Of a stretch of DNA of 64,000 bases, positions 8,105 to 17,697 are shown in pieces. The notes below the pieces were generated by a model. It saw nothing but the letters and a program-made list of their open reading frames with translations. It did not search any database and was not told the DNA's origin. The position numbers were made by a program, and so were the translations under genes. Each line of letters opens with the position of its first letter. Position 1 is the stretch's first letter. Source of the DNA: Patescibacteria group bacterium (GTDB lineage Bacteria; Patescibacteriota; Patescibacteriia; Patescibacteriales; UBA12465); assembly GCA_023229115.1 (NCBI GenBank), contig JALNZW010000003.1, positions 1,664 to 65,663 of the forward strand. Reading direction: 5' to 3'.

Positions 8105-9541
8105 CTATAACTCATCATAATAATTTACAATACCAGAATTTTCCCCTGACACAACTTCCATATTACCAGTAATGTATACATTTAATCTACTTGTGTTTGT
8201 CGCATTAATTACCGCCTCCTCTGCTATAAATTTATCCATTTCAACCCAGCAATCACCTGAATCTATTATCAAATTCTTAGCCGAACCTGTTAAATTAATG
8301 ATACCACCATTAGCATCTAATTTCAATGTATCTATAACCTTAACATTACCCTTTATATTATTAAACCTATGAGTCAATTTTATTTCTAAATTATCAACTT
8401 CTAAACTTCCCAATTTAACATTAGCACCTTCATTTTTTATTTTTTCAACATCTGGCATGGTTATTTCTATCGCTAGGTGCTTGGTTCCTGCTCGAAACAA
8501 AATATTTCTGTTCTCTACGATCCAAGTATCAGTATTAAAAAATGTTTCAAAGCTCGATCTTTTAATATTTAAAGTATTATCAACTTTTTCAAAGTCTAAT
8601 CCGATCTGATCATACTCACTACCTTTAATTAAAATGTCAAAATCATCACCTTGCTTAATTATTATGTCATCAAATTCAACATAAGGTGATATATAGATGT
8701 TTTTAAAATCTTTAATATCAATATGACTCTCCTGAATGTTGGCCTTCATATCTGCTTCTTTTACTTTAAACCCAGAATTCAAATAAATAAATGATAAAAG
8801 AAAAATAATTAAAAAAATACCAAGATAGATAAGCAAACGCAATGATATTTTCTTGTTTAAATATTTCTTGCTAGGAAACAATGAAATTATTCCTAAATTA
8901 ATAATAAATATTAATGGTATCGCCAAAATACAAAAGATAGAAATGAGCATTGGATAATAACCCCAAAATCCAATAACATCTATAATTCTAAAATCAGCCA
9001 TTATGTATCTAAGCCAATGGCTTGAGGGGTTGAAAAATAAATATAAAAATATAACTGTGGATGTCAATATTCCCAAAGATCCAGCACCTAAAAATATTCC
9101 TCCAAATATTTTTTTAAAAGCTAGAACTATCTTTGAATTTGGATATTTTTTAAATTGCTCTGATGTGCCCCTGATAACTAATCCAATTAGACCACCCGCC
9201 AAACTTAAAACAATAAAAGGGAAAAATATACCCAACAAAGCTTCAAAACTGAAAGATGGCTTGGGCAAATATCCATGATTTGAATATGTTAATAAATAGT
9301 TAATTACTACAACTGCTATATTATTAACTAAAGTCCCGATTAATAAAATTGGTAAAAACTCATAGCTTCTATTTTTGTCTTGGACTAAAATCAATAAAAT
9401 ACCTGTCAAAAAAGGTAATAAAAGCATAATAAAAATAACTGGTAGATAGCCAAACATAATATTATCTAATCCACCAGGTAATATATTTAATACTGTAGTA
9501 ACAATTATAGTAAAAATAAAAATGTAAAAAAGTTTTTTCAT
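8105..9541 (-). CDS. membrane protein with C-terminal DUF4097-like (putative adhesin / LiaF-like beta-repeat) domain
   Basis: 478 aa with 6 or so N-terminal TM helices. The C-terminal 220 aa have repetitive beta-strand N/G/D-rich segments (NLTGSAKNLIIDSGD..., VYITGNMEVVSGENSG) typical of DUF4097. Confidence 0.5.
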   Translation of the reverse strand: MKKLFYIFIFTIIVTTVLNILPGGLDNIMFGYLPVIFIMLLLPFLTGILLILVQDKNRSYEFLPILLIGTLVNNIAVVVINYLLTYSNHGYLPKPSFSFEALLGIFFPFIVLSLAGGLIGLVIRGTSEQFKKYPNSKIVLAFKKIFGGIFLGAGSLGILTSTVIFLYLFFNPSSHWLRYIMADFRIIDVIGFWGYYPMLISIFCILAIPLIFIINLGIISLFPSKKYLNKKISLRLLIYLGIFLIIFLLSFIYLNSGFKVKEADMKANIQESHIDIKDFKNIYISPYVEFDDIIIKQGDDFDILIKGSEYDQIGLDFEKVDNTLNIKRSSFETFFNTDTWIVENRNILFRAGTKHLAIEITMPDVEKIKNEGANVKLGSLEVDNLEIKLTHRFNNIKGNVKVIDTLKLDANGGIINLTGSAKNLIIDSGDCWVEMDKFIAEEAVINATNTSRLNVYITGNMEVVSGENSGIVNYYDEL

Positions 9542-9547
9542 AAAAAT

Positions 9548-10204
9548 TTAATCCCAAGTATCTAAACCGCTTCCAGATAAAGGAATTACATCACCTAAAT
9601 ATTTTGGTTTTGAATTAAAAGTAATATTTAACCAAGCTTTAACTTTAGCTAAGACCTCTCTCCTGTTTCTAGTATCCTCACCATAGTATCTTTGCAAATC
9701 AGCGCTGACTCCACAACTATCTATTTCTAATTTATCAGCTATATATAAAGCTCTTGGCAGATGGAAATCTTGTGTTACAACAATCAGTGAATCGGCTTGA
9801 AATATTTCTTTAGCTCTATAAAGACTATCGTAGGTATCAAATCCTGCGTGATCTAAAAAAATATCTTCTGGTTTTATATTATTTTCCAACAAATATTCTT
9901 TAGCAGTATTTACCTCATCATACTCCACTTGCCCATGATCCCCACTAACTAAAATTTTATCCACCTTACCTGTGTTATATAACTCAATGGCTGTTTTGAC
10001 TCTATCTCTAAAAATATCACTCAAATTACCATTGTTCCAAACTTTAGCACCGAGAACTAAGGCAGCTTGCTTGTGGGTATTATCTAAATCACATAAATTA
10101 TTGCCAATTCGATTAATATTGATGTTGATTGCATAAATAGAACCTATCAAAACTATTATACAAATAATAAATATGGTTAATATTTTTTTCATAAACTTTA
10201 CCAA
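9548..10204 (-). CDS. DUF218 (SanA/YdcF/ElyC family) protein
   Basis: 218 aa with an N-terminal TM helix, then VLGAKVWNNG ... ILVSGDHG ... VVTQDFHLPRA, which are typical SanA/YdcF motifs. Confidence 0.7.
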   Translation of the reverse strand: MVKFMKKILTIFIICIIVLIGSIYAINININRIGNNLCDLDNTHKQAALVLGAKVWNNGNLSDIFRDRVKTAIELYNTGKVDKILVSGDHGQVEYDEVNTAKEYLLENNIKPEDIFLDHAGFDTYDSLYRAKEIFQADSLIVVTQDFHLPRALYIADKLEIDSCGVSADLQRYYGEDTRNRREVLAKVKAWLNITFNSKPKYLGDVIPLSGSGLDTWD

Positions 10205-11088
10205 TAAATTACATTTTCACTATCTGACCAGAATACATTTTCATATCTATCTTTAGACAACCTATTATTCTGTTTAATAATCTCACCTTTTTCTGTATCA
10301 AAAACAAACAATGTCCAATATTCATTTTTTGTATCATAATCAACAGATTCAATCTGTGCCTCAATAGCCAACCTGCTACTGTCAGGAGAAAAAACTATAT
10401 GGTTAAAATCAAGTAATTTGGTTTCTTTAAAACGTGTAATAAAAAACCCATCATTAATATCATCTAAATTTAATAAACGCAAACTTAAATTTTGGTTGTT
10501 ACAACTATGATTAATTTCCATAACAGGTGGATTTTTAACACATTCACTTTCTAAAAAGACCACCTTCTCACCGTCAGACGATTTAGCAACTAACTTACCT
10601 TTAGATGGTAGTTCCACTGTTTTTCTTGTCCTGAAATCTAAATAATAATTAGTAAACGGTCCATTATATAATTTTGAATCTTGCGGATAATACCAAGCTG
10701 ACCCAACTAAGGTATCCCTAGATAAAGGTGTAAGTATTGGATCTATATAGTATGTGTAAAAACCCAAAGAATCTTTAATCTCTCCATTTTGCATTATTCT
10801 AGTCCAGCCAACACCAAAATCAGTATCTTCTCCTATGTGATCAAAAGAAAATATATCATCATATTTATCTATGCTAAAAATAGATGGTTGGTTAAAACTT
10901 AAAATCTGTCCTGATAAATTATTAAACTCATTATCAATATCATCAAGCTTATTTTGTATATGACAATTAAAATATGGCGGTTGTATCAAACAAGCATCAC
11001 CACGTTTAAACCAGTAGATAAAAATAGCAACTATTGCTAATATTATTATGGCTAAAATTATACAAATTTTTCTTTTCATATTGTTCAT
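10198..11088 (-). CDS. hypothetical N-terminally anchored protein, beta-rich (TolB/beta-propeller-like repeats)
   Basis: 296 aa with an N-terminal TM helix and an FSPDSSRLA-type repeat. Confidence 0.45.
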   Translation of the reverse strand: MNNMKRKICIILAIIILAIVAIFIYWFKRGDACLIQPPYFNCHIQNKLDDIDNEFNNLSGQILSFNQPSIFSIDKYDDIFSFDHIGEDTDFGVGWTRIMQNGEIKDSLGFYTYYIDPILTPLSRDTLVGSAWYYPQDSKLYNGPFTNYYLDFRTRKTVELPSKGKLVAKSSDGEKVVFLESECVKNPPVMEINHSCNNQNLSLRLLNLDDINDGFFITRFKETKLLDFNHIVFSPDSSRLAIEAQIESVDYDTKNEYWTLFVFDTEKGEIIKQNNRLSKDRYENVFWSDSENVIYW

Positions 11089-11108
11089 TATACCTTATTT
11101 AAGACAAA

Positions 11109-11136
11109 CAAAAAACACCTCTAGAGGTGTTTTTTG
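11109..11136 (-). terminator. rho-independent terminator (acacctctagaggtgt palindrome plus T5)
   Basis: Perfect 16-bp palindrome followed by TTTTT, just past the stop of 11147-12202. Confidence 0.6.
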
Positions 11137-11146
11137 AAAATATATA

Positions 11147-12202
11147 CTATTTCTTCCAAACATTCTTTGCAAACTTCCATCCATATTTTGCAATAATAAG
11201 CATAATAAACAGATAGATAATATATTGTAGAATTAGGAATAACAATGATACTAGATTAATAGTAATATCTTGTGCAACCGTATTAATATCTCTAACAAAA
11301 GATTTTACTGCTACTTTCCATGATTCTTTTAAATTTTGCCCATCAATAAACTTATTCTCCACTACTCGAACATTAAAATATGTATATTCTAGTCGATCAA
11401 GCTGTTCCGCTTTAGATCTATTAATTCTTTCTAATTGTGCATTTATATTTATCTTTTCCTGAGTTAATCTTTCAATAATTCTTATTTTACTATCAATAAT
11501 TTTAGCTAGACTTTCTACGTCTTGAGTTCTGGTAGCTAAATCTGTAATATCGTCATAAGAGCTAACTGCATTATTTAGAGTTTCCTCAATAGAAGCCATT
11601 TTCTTTTCCAATATTTCTACTTCGCTAGTGTAGTCGTCAATTAATCTTTTAATGGTATATGTATTTTCATTTAATTCTTTAGGATCTAGTTCTTCAATAA
11701 TAGCTAATATCTCATTAACACTATCATGCTTAACTTTAAAATTATAATTACAGCTTCTTTCATATTCATTGGCATTTTCAAAAATTACATCTTCGTTTGA
11801 TTTCAGGTCAGCAACTTTTTTGCAAGTATCTTCTAGATGACGGGTTTCAATATTTGCACCATACTCAGTGACTTCGAAATCTTCAGCATCATCTCCCATT
11901 GTAGCTGTATTATCCATTGGGGGCATGAACGGTTCTGTGGCTATCACATTTCTTATAGATAAACCAACTGAACCACCCGATTCGCCATAACCCATATCTT
12001 TCATAGCGTATTCTTCATCATCCATGTCAAACATAGCATCCTGCGTGACCACACTTCTACCATTAGACCCAGGAGTTAAAGATTTAAAAGAAGATCCGAT
12101 TAAACGAAAGGCTAAAGTAATTACAATAATTACCACTAAGGCTAACCCAGCAATTTTAAAAATATTGGCTGGTTTTAAATTAAGATTGTTTGGAAATTGC
12201 AT
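11147..12202 (-). CDS. hypothetical coiled-coil protein with N- and C-terminal TM segments (DUF4349-like architecture)
   Basis: 351 aa with an N-terminal TM helix, an acidic region, a long heptad-like coiled coil and a C-terminal TM helix. Confidence 0.45.
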   Translation of the reverse strand: MQFPNNLNLKPANIFKIAGLALVVIIVITLAFRLIGSSFKSLTPGSNGRSVVTQDAMFDMDDEEYAMKDMGYGESGGSVGLSIRNVIATEPFMPPMDNTATMGDDAEDFEVTEYGANIETRHLEDTCKKVADLKSNEDVIFENANEYERSCNYNFKVKHDSVNEILAIIEELDPKELNENTYTIKRLIDDYTSEVEILEKKMASIEETLNNAVSSYDDITDLATRTQDVESLAKIIDSKIRIIERLTQEKININAQLERINRSKAEQLDRLEYTYFNVRVVENKFIDGQNLKESWKVAVKSFVRDINTVAQDITINLVSLLFLILQYIIYLFIMLIIAKYGWKFAKNVWKK

Positions 12203-12253
12203 ATGAGTTATTTAAGAGTCAATTATTAATTAATAAATAAATATATATTTTAT

Positions 12254-12284
12254 ATTATATCAGATTTTGATAAAAAATAACATT
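12254..12284 (-). promoter_or_regulatory. candidate promoter with extended -10 (TGATATAAT) for 11147-12202
   Basis: On the minus strand, atgtta-N18-tgaTATAAT lies about 45 nt upstream of the start codon. Confidence 0.3.
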
Positions 12285-12400
12285 TTTTAACCAAACAAAA
12301 AATACCTCGAATTTGAGATATTTTTTGCAACCTACTACGCATTTCAGTTCGAACCCCTTTCCCAGTAGGAAATAAAAGTATCGAACTAAAAATTGTTTTT

Positions 12401-12456
12401 GGCTAATATTAGACGCGTATGGGTCTCTCGAAACGCGCACTAGGTTGGCTCTGCGG
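12401..12456. other. GC-rich conserved intergenic motif copy 2 (GGCTAATATTAGACGCGTATGGGTCTCTCGAAACGCGC...)
   Basis: Shares the GACGCG-N3-GGGTCTCTCGAA core with 6846-6912. It also contains the 11-mer AATATTAGACG, which recurs at 20588-20598 and 21320-21330. Confidence 0.4.
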
Positions 12457-12528
12457 ATTACATATTTTCAGAGTTATTTAACATATTCCCTGCGATTAAA
12501 ATTAGTATGGGCAAACTGGAAAAAATAA

Positions 12529-13191
12529 TTAATTAATCAAAATCAGCCAAGCTTTTAAATTTTCTTTTTTTGTAAATTTATTTAGTTTTCTCCCATATCT
12601 ATTCGCCATAACACTTAGAATATAATTTATAGTTTTTTCCATTATTTCTAAGCGATCACCCGTAAACACAGCTTCTTCATTTGGTTCAAAGTTTTTATGA
12701 TAGTTCTCTATATGTATTCTATTTCTAAGCCATGCAAAATTATCTAAATATTTATAGATATTGCCATTTTCACTAAAGAGCAAATTGAATTTTCTGCAAT
12801 AATCGATAATTTCTTTAAAGTCATATCTTTTCATGGCGTAATACTTTTGAGCCTCTCCAGTGAGAACGTCAATTCTTTCTTTTTGCCTTTTGTCTTTTCC
12901 AATTTTAGATTTTATTTTTAAGACATCGTCTGAGGCCAAGCATTCTGGTAAATCATTAGTTGCGTTATCTAACCTTATTAACAAATCTATTAGTATTGCC
13001 TCTATAATCGAAACTAAAAAAATTGTGATCGGTTTATTATAACACATAGCATCTTCCTCCAAACCATTTTTCTTCGCTTCATACAATAAAAAAAGTATTT
13101 TAAAATTGTAAATTATATTGCCTCCTATATTAAAATTCCAGATAAATTCAGATAAATACATTGTTACTTCGGTTTTGTCATACTTAAACAT
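12529..13191 (-). CDS. hypothetical protein (220 aa), last gene of the putative island
   Basis: ORF with no recognised motif. It sits between the ATPase cluster and the GC-rich motif. Confidence 0.45.
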   Translation of the reverse strand: MFKYDKTEVTMYLSEFIWNFNIGGNIIYNFKILFLLYEAKKNGLEEDAMCYNKPITIFLVSIIEAILIDLLIRLDNATNDLPECLASDDVLKIKSKIGKDKRQKERIDVLTGEAQKYYAMKRYDFKEIIDYCRKFNLLFSENGNIYKYLDNFAWLRNRIHIENYHKNFEPNEEAVFTGDRLEIMEKTINYILSVMANRYGRKLNKFTKKENLKAWLILIN

Positions 13192-13245
13192 GGTGGTTAA
13201 ACTAAAAGATATTATCCAATTAAATTTTATATATTAAACTAAAAT

Positions 13246-15021
13246 TTAAAACCCCTTACCTCCAAACAGTAAATCATCTTTATCTAATTTTCTTACAATG
13301 TTTTCTTTCTCAATATCAAACCCCTGAGGGACATCACTTTTAATCATGCTAACAATAAGTTGGACATCATACTGAGTACTATAACGTTTAAAAAGTTTGA
13401 TAAAATTTTTCACAGGGTTATCCCCCCAATTTTCCAAGCCGCCATCTAAATAACAAAAGTTAAAATATGAATATTTAGAATAATACAATAAGATGGCTAC
13501 AATAAACGCCACGCACTGCACTCTTGTGGCGGTGTAACCGTCTCCCTTGCCTGTTAATTTTGCTTGATTTAGCGTAACTGTTTTAAAATCTACATTATTT
13601 TCCTTATTCATATTAATGCCAATAACTGCAGTATCATCCATAGACTCTTTATATATTTCGCTAAAAATATTTTGAATTTCCCTATATTCATTTCCAGAAA
13701 GCACCTTATCGACTTCGTTTTTTATTTCATCTATAATAACCTCAATTTTTCTTTTTAGTTGTTGAACGCCTTCTTCGAGTTTCTTAATATCACTAATATT
13801 ATCCAACTGATTTCTATAATCCTTAATTTCAGATTCAATATCAATAATATCGCGCTGATAAATTTTAAACTTAACGAAAGTGTCTTTTTCTTTTAATGTC
13901 TCAAGCGCAAAAAAGCGTTTTTCATTATATTCAATCAACTTTGTTTGGATACTTTCTAATTCATTTTCAAGTTCCACAAGCTCCTCTTTTAAATACTTTT
14001 CTCTTTCCTTTGTTATATCTCTTTCAAAGCTAATTAAGTCTTCGTAATCATTAACCAATTCCTTGGGAAAATAAATTTTTGCCTCATTAAAAATTTTTTC
14101 AATTTCTTTTAAATCAACACTTTCCCGGCTTTCTATAGATTCGTTTATCTTATCTTTTTCATAAGTTACATAGTATTTTCTTGAATTTAAATCAGAAATA
14201 TTTTTCTCAATATCTTCAATTAAATCCTTATTTAATCCGGCTTCCTTTGCAAAAAAATTAAATTGGTCTATTTTTCTCTGCACAGATTCTCTTTCTTTAT
14301 TTTTTGTATCAATTATAGTTTGAATTATATTTTTTTCGTCAGACACACCATTCTCATTCGATTTTCTTTTAATATAACGCTCTTCGTGAGAAATATCATC
14401 TGCGAGTTCAAATTTGTCCAACAATAAAACGCCATTGCCTCCAAATAAGTCAAACAAAAATGGTTTCCAGTACCTATCTTTACTCTTAAAACTTTTCATT
14501 TTAAAAATATCGCCGTATTCATCCTGTTTTCTAAGAATGTATTTCAAAAAGTGACGGTAATTGTGATCCTGAAGCTTATTAAAGTTTAAATATGACTCCA
14601 ATATTTTAACAGCATTCTGTTCATTTGACTTAGTGTTTATAGACACTTCAGTATAGTCCCATGAGTCCATATCTATATTTGTAAAATCCTGATTCTTTTC
14701 TTCATGCAACTTAAAAGAGACTCTTGAACTAATATTTACGCTTCTTCTTATTGTTAAATACTTTCCACTATTTAATTTTATTTCAAGAAAAAATGTCCAA
14801 TCACGAAACTCAAGATAATTTTTTTTAAAAAAATCGCTTTGTTTTTTGAGTAATAAAAAATCAATTAAATAAACTAATGCTGTTTTACCTAAATTATGTT
14901 CATGAAATTTTCCATCTTTGTCAACCTCATTCACGACATCACCAAAAACAATATTCAAACCTTTATCGAATAATATTGGCTTCATTTTTAAATTGTTCGA
15001 ATATATTTTGCTCAACATCAT
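13246..15021 (-). CDS. P-loop NTPase with SMC/ABC-like architecture (DUF2326/YydD-like; candidate ABC-3C-type ATPase)
   Basis: 591 aa. The N-terminal GLNIVFGDV...HNLGKTALVYLIDFLL is a Walker A (GKT) in the SMC/RecF/ABC-like N-terminal style. There is a long central coiled coil (ELVELENELESIQTKLIEYNEK...) and a C-terminal YLDGGLENWGD block. Confidence 0.6.
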   Translation of the reverse strand: MMLSKIYSNNLKMKPILFDKGLNIVFGDVVNEVDKDGKFHEHNLGKTALVYLIDFLLLKKQSDFFKKNYLEFRDWTFFLEIKLNSGKYLTIRRSVNISSRVSFKLHEEKNQDFTNIDMDSWDYTEVSINTKSNEQNAVKILESYLNFNKLQDHNYRHFLKYILRKQDEYGDIFKMKSFKSKDRYWKPFLFDLFGGNGVLLLDKFELADDISHEERYIKRKSNENGVSDEKNIIQTIIDTKNKERESVQRKIDQFNFFAKEAGLNKDLIEDIEKNISDLNSRKYYVTYEKDKINESIESRESVDLKEIEKIFNEAKIYFPKELVNDYEDLISFERDITKEREKYLKEELVELENELESIQTKLIEYNEKRFFALETLKEKDTFVKFKIYQRDIIDIESEIKDYRNQLDNISDIKKLEEGVQQLKRKIEVIIDEIKNEVDKVLSGNEYREIQNIFSEIYKESMDDTAVIGINMNKENNVDFKTVTLNQAKLTGKGDGYTATRVQCVAFIVAILLYYSKYSYFNFCYLDGGLENWGDNPVKNFIKLFKRYSTQYDVQLIVSMIKSDVPQGFDIEKENIVRKLDKDDLLFGGKGF

Positions 15022-15254
15022 AAAACAAATTCTATTACATCTTTATTTTTATAATACTTAATTTTTCTTATTGCGAATAAAAAACAAAGTGATTTTAAAT
15101 ATAAACCCTTTACTCGCTGACCTTTTATAACGATCAGTCTCCGAAGTAAATCATCATATCCAATTATTTTATTTTCCATCAGAATTTTTAACAACACAGA
15201 GCTAATATTTAAAACAGAGTATTCTAAATTTAAATGTTTTGTTGGTTTTAACAT
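15018..15254 (-). CDS. small protein (78 aa from internal Met; the ORF track gives a 129-aa version overlapping the upstream gene) - possible middle component
   Basis: The start was chosen at MLKPTK to avoid a 149-nt overlap with 15259-16236. Its stop overlaps the ATPase start (ATGA-type coupling). Confidence 0.35.
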   Translation of the reverse strand: MLKPTKHLNLEYSVLNISSVLLKILMENKIIGYDDLLRRLIVIKGQRVKGLYLKSLCFLFAIRKIKYYKNKDVIEFVL

Positions 15255-15258
15255 AATA

Positions 15259-16236
15259 TTATGGATTAATACCAAGATCACAATTGAAATACATATAATG
15301 AAGAAGCGTAAATATTTTTCTTTTATCGTATCCCAAGTCTTTAGTAAATTTTTCTTCCACTCTATTATAAACTTCTTGAAAAAACTCAGAAATACTATAA
15401 TATTCATCCTTTTTTGAAATATAAATTTCTTGGAGTTCGTTAAAAACAGAATTATAACAATTTAAAACTTCTTCATTAGCGTCTTCGCTCAAAAAAGATC
15501 TAATAGGGAGATGATGCCTAATATTTTTTCTAACTATATTTTCAAAATAATCTGAAGACATATTATTCTTAATATTCTTTATCTTAATGTCTTTTCTGGT
15601 CGGAATTTTAGTTATTTTCATCTCTGCGATTACGCCATTCTTAATTTCATCGCGAAGTTTTAATACCAAATTTTTTATATCCTCTTCGTTTAAACGAATC
15701 GGTTCATGTAAATTAATTTTAATGTAATCTGCTATATTAATATCTAATATTTTTAAAAGTTTTGACCATTTAACGGGGCTTAGTTGATTAATATCATTGA
15801 CAAGGTCGAAAATATCTTTAATTTGTGTTGTTTTATCAAAATTAAATTTTCCATCAATCTCCTTTTCAAAATCAACAGATTTATACCCACCAGAGCTTTT
15901 TTTACCAATAATAAAAATTATTAACTCGGGAAATTCAAGCGCTCTTGTCGAATGGCTTCTAAGAGTGTCTTTAATTTTTTCAGATCTACTTTCTGACGTT
16001 ATCTGATATGCCACTCCAGCACCTTTGTCACCAAGATCAATGCCTTTTATATTTTTTTCTACCTGATTTAAATTTTTTAAATTAAGATTATAGATTTCAT
16101 TCAAAAAAGTACAAAAAAAATCCTCACTTTTTTTATGAATATCAAATAAACACTGAGAGCCTCTTTGCTCAACATTATTTCGCAATACTCCGAGAGCATC
16201 ACTAATTTGCAAATTAATACCTATACTTTTTAACAT
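15259..16236 (-). CDS. hypothetical protein, candidate effector/sensor of the ATPase cluster (C-terminal R-x4-H HEPN-like motif RKNIRHH)
   Basis: 325 aa with conserved-looking IKGIDLGDKGAGVAYQITS and C-terminal YFENIVRKNIRHHLPIRSF. It is co-directional with, and tightly spaced to, the small ORF and the ATPase. Confidence 0.45.
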   Translation of the reverse strand: MLKSIGINLQISDALGVLRNNVEQRGSQCLFDIHKKSEDFFCTFLNEIYNLNLKNLNQVEKNIKGIDLGDKGAGVAYQITSESRSEKIKDTLRSHSTRALEFPELIIFIIGKKSSGGYKSVDFEKEIDGKFNFDKTTQIKDIFDLVNDINQLSPVKWSKLLKILDINIADYIKINLHEPIRLNEEDIKNLVLKLRDEIKNGVIAEMKITKIPTRKDIKIKNIKNNMSSDYFENIVRKNIRHHLPIRSFLSEDANEEVLNCYNSVFNELQEIYISKKDEYYSISEFFQEVYNRVEEKFTKDLGYDKRKIFTLLHYMYFNCDLGINP

Positions 16237-16369
16237 TTAACTTTAATTATACATCCTTAATGCAAACATAAAATGTGTGAAAAATTGCGTTTTTAGATAT
16301 ATAGAAAAACAATTTTAATATCTTTATTTTAACAGAAAAACCGTTTTAAATCAAAATGACATTCATAAA

Positions 16370-16393
16370 CAAAAAGACGCCTAAACGGCGTCT
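16370..16393 (-). terminator. rho-independent terminator overlapping the methyltransferase stop codon
   Basis: agacgcc/ggcgtct 7-bp stem with the TAG stop in the loop, followed by TTTTT on the minus strand. Confidence 0.55.
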
Positions 16394-17631
16394 CTTAGTG
16401 ATTCTCCTAATTTTTTAATAACTCCGACAACTAAAGCATTGCCCATAATGAATGCTCTTTTAATATCAGGAGCCATTTCAGTATGATTATCAGGAAACAT
16501 ATTTAATCTTTCAAGCTCCAAAGGCATTAATCTTCTCAGCCTTCCTGACTTTGTCTTTATTACATGTTTAAATCTTGATGGAGATGTTCCTCCTTCACCA
16601 GTAACTATTGTTCGAGAAGGTTTATTAATTAAATCAGGAAAGGCCATTTTTCCTTCAGAATAATTATACTCATGTCCGTCTTTAGATTTCCTTGGTGCCG
16701 TCTTTCCACCCTTTAAATATTCCCACCTCTTGATATCAGCAGGTTTAATAAAAAACTCTTCGGGAACTTTTTTTTCATCAATTAAAAAGTCTCCCAATAT
16801 TGAACTCTTACCCTTATAATCTGATTCAACCTTCATTGTTGTTACATGCCCGTTTATCATTACTCCGGCGTTTTCAAATGGACTCTTCGATGGCATATCC
16901 TTTGAAAATTTTTCAGAAACATAAACATAATCAGTGCCAATTTCAAATTGACTAAATTTAACCACGTCTTGATTAACCTTAAAAGCCTTAGCTATTAAAC
17001 CATCATTATTTATCCATTTCTTTTTATCTTTACAGGCTAAAACTTTTTTCCAAATAGATGTATTTTGTTTATAACCCATTATATAAATACGCCGACGACG
17101 TTGAGGAAAACCATAATCAGCGGCATTAATAACTCTCCACTCTACTGCGTAACCGAGTTTAGCTAAAGAGGACAACATAATAGCAAAATCACGACCTCTT
17201 TGTTTAACAGGAGATTTTAATAATCGATCAACATTTTCCAATAATAGAAACTTAGGAGTATTTTTGCCCTTCTTATTGAGAATATTAAAAATAGACCACC
17301 ATAGAACTCCTTTCTTTCCCTCCAGCCCTTTTGATTGCTTAAGTGTCCTGGCAACTGAATAATCTTGGCAAGGAAAACCGCCAACTAATAAATCATGATT
17401 AGGAATGTCATCAAATTTCATATCAACCACCTCTTGTATATCTTCACAAGAGTGTCCTTTACCACCAAAACGAGCCACATAAATATCTGAAGCATACTGT
17501 TTTTTGGCTCCTGGCTCCCACTGACTACTCCAAACAACTCTATATTTTGTATTATTATTACTGGCACCCTCAAGACCAATTCGAAAACCGCCCACACCAG
17601 CAAAAAGCTCAACGATTTTTATCTCCTTCAT
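16381..17631 (-). CDS. DNA (cytosine-5)-methyltransferase
   Basis: Motif I ELFAGVGGF, motif IV GGFPCQDYS, motif VI ENV and motif X MGNALVVGV. It is 416 aa, matching the M.Sau3AI size class. Confidence 0.9.
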   Translation of the reverse strand: MKEIKIVELFAGVGGFRIGLEGASNNNTKYRVVWSSQWEPGAKKQYASDIYVARFGGKGHSCEDIQEVVDMKFDDIPNHDLLVGGFPCQDYSVARTLKQSKGLEGKKGVLWWSIFNILNKKGKNTPKFLLLENVDRLLKSPVKQRGRDFAIMLSSLAKLGYAVEWRVINAADYGFPQRRRRIYIMGYKQNTSIWKKVLACKDKKKWINNDGLIAKAFKVNQDVVKFSQFEIGTDYVYVSEKFSKDMPSKSPFENAGVMINGHVTTMKVESDYKGKSSILGDFLIDEKKVPEEFFIKPADIKRWEYLKGGKTAPRKSKDGHEYNYSEGKMAFPDLINKPSRTIVTGEGGTSPSRFKHVIKTKSGRLRRLMPLELERLNMFPDNHTEMAPDIKRAFIMGNALVVGVIKKLGESLRDAV

Positions 17632-17697
17632 AATATTTCTCTAATTAATAAGCTATGCATGTAGCATAGCATATCAAAAAAAATTGATCAACACCCC

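Noticed and set aside
12345-12357. tRNA gene around cagttcgaacccc
   Set aside because: A T-loop-like heptamer exists, but no acceptor, D or anticodon stems can be drawn. It is treated as a possible att remnant only.
15018-15407. 129-aa version of the small ORF in the ATPase cluster
   Set aside because: Its first 51 codons overlap the 3' end of the 325-aa gene in another frame. The internal Met at 15254 gives a non-overlapping 78-aa ORF.
17418-17612. 64-aa ORF inside the C5-methyltransferase gene; 36721-36924 inside rplN; 52258-52458 inside the FISUMP gene; 56884-57081 inside murC
   Set aside because: These are same-strand alternate frames within conserved proteins.
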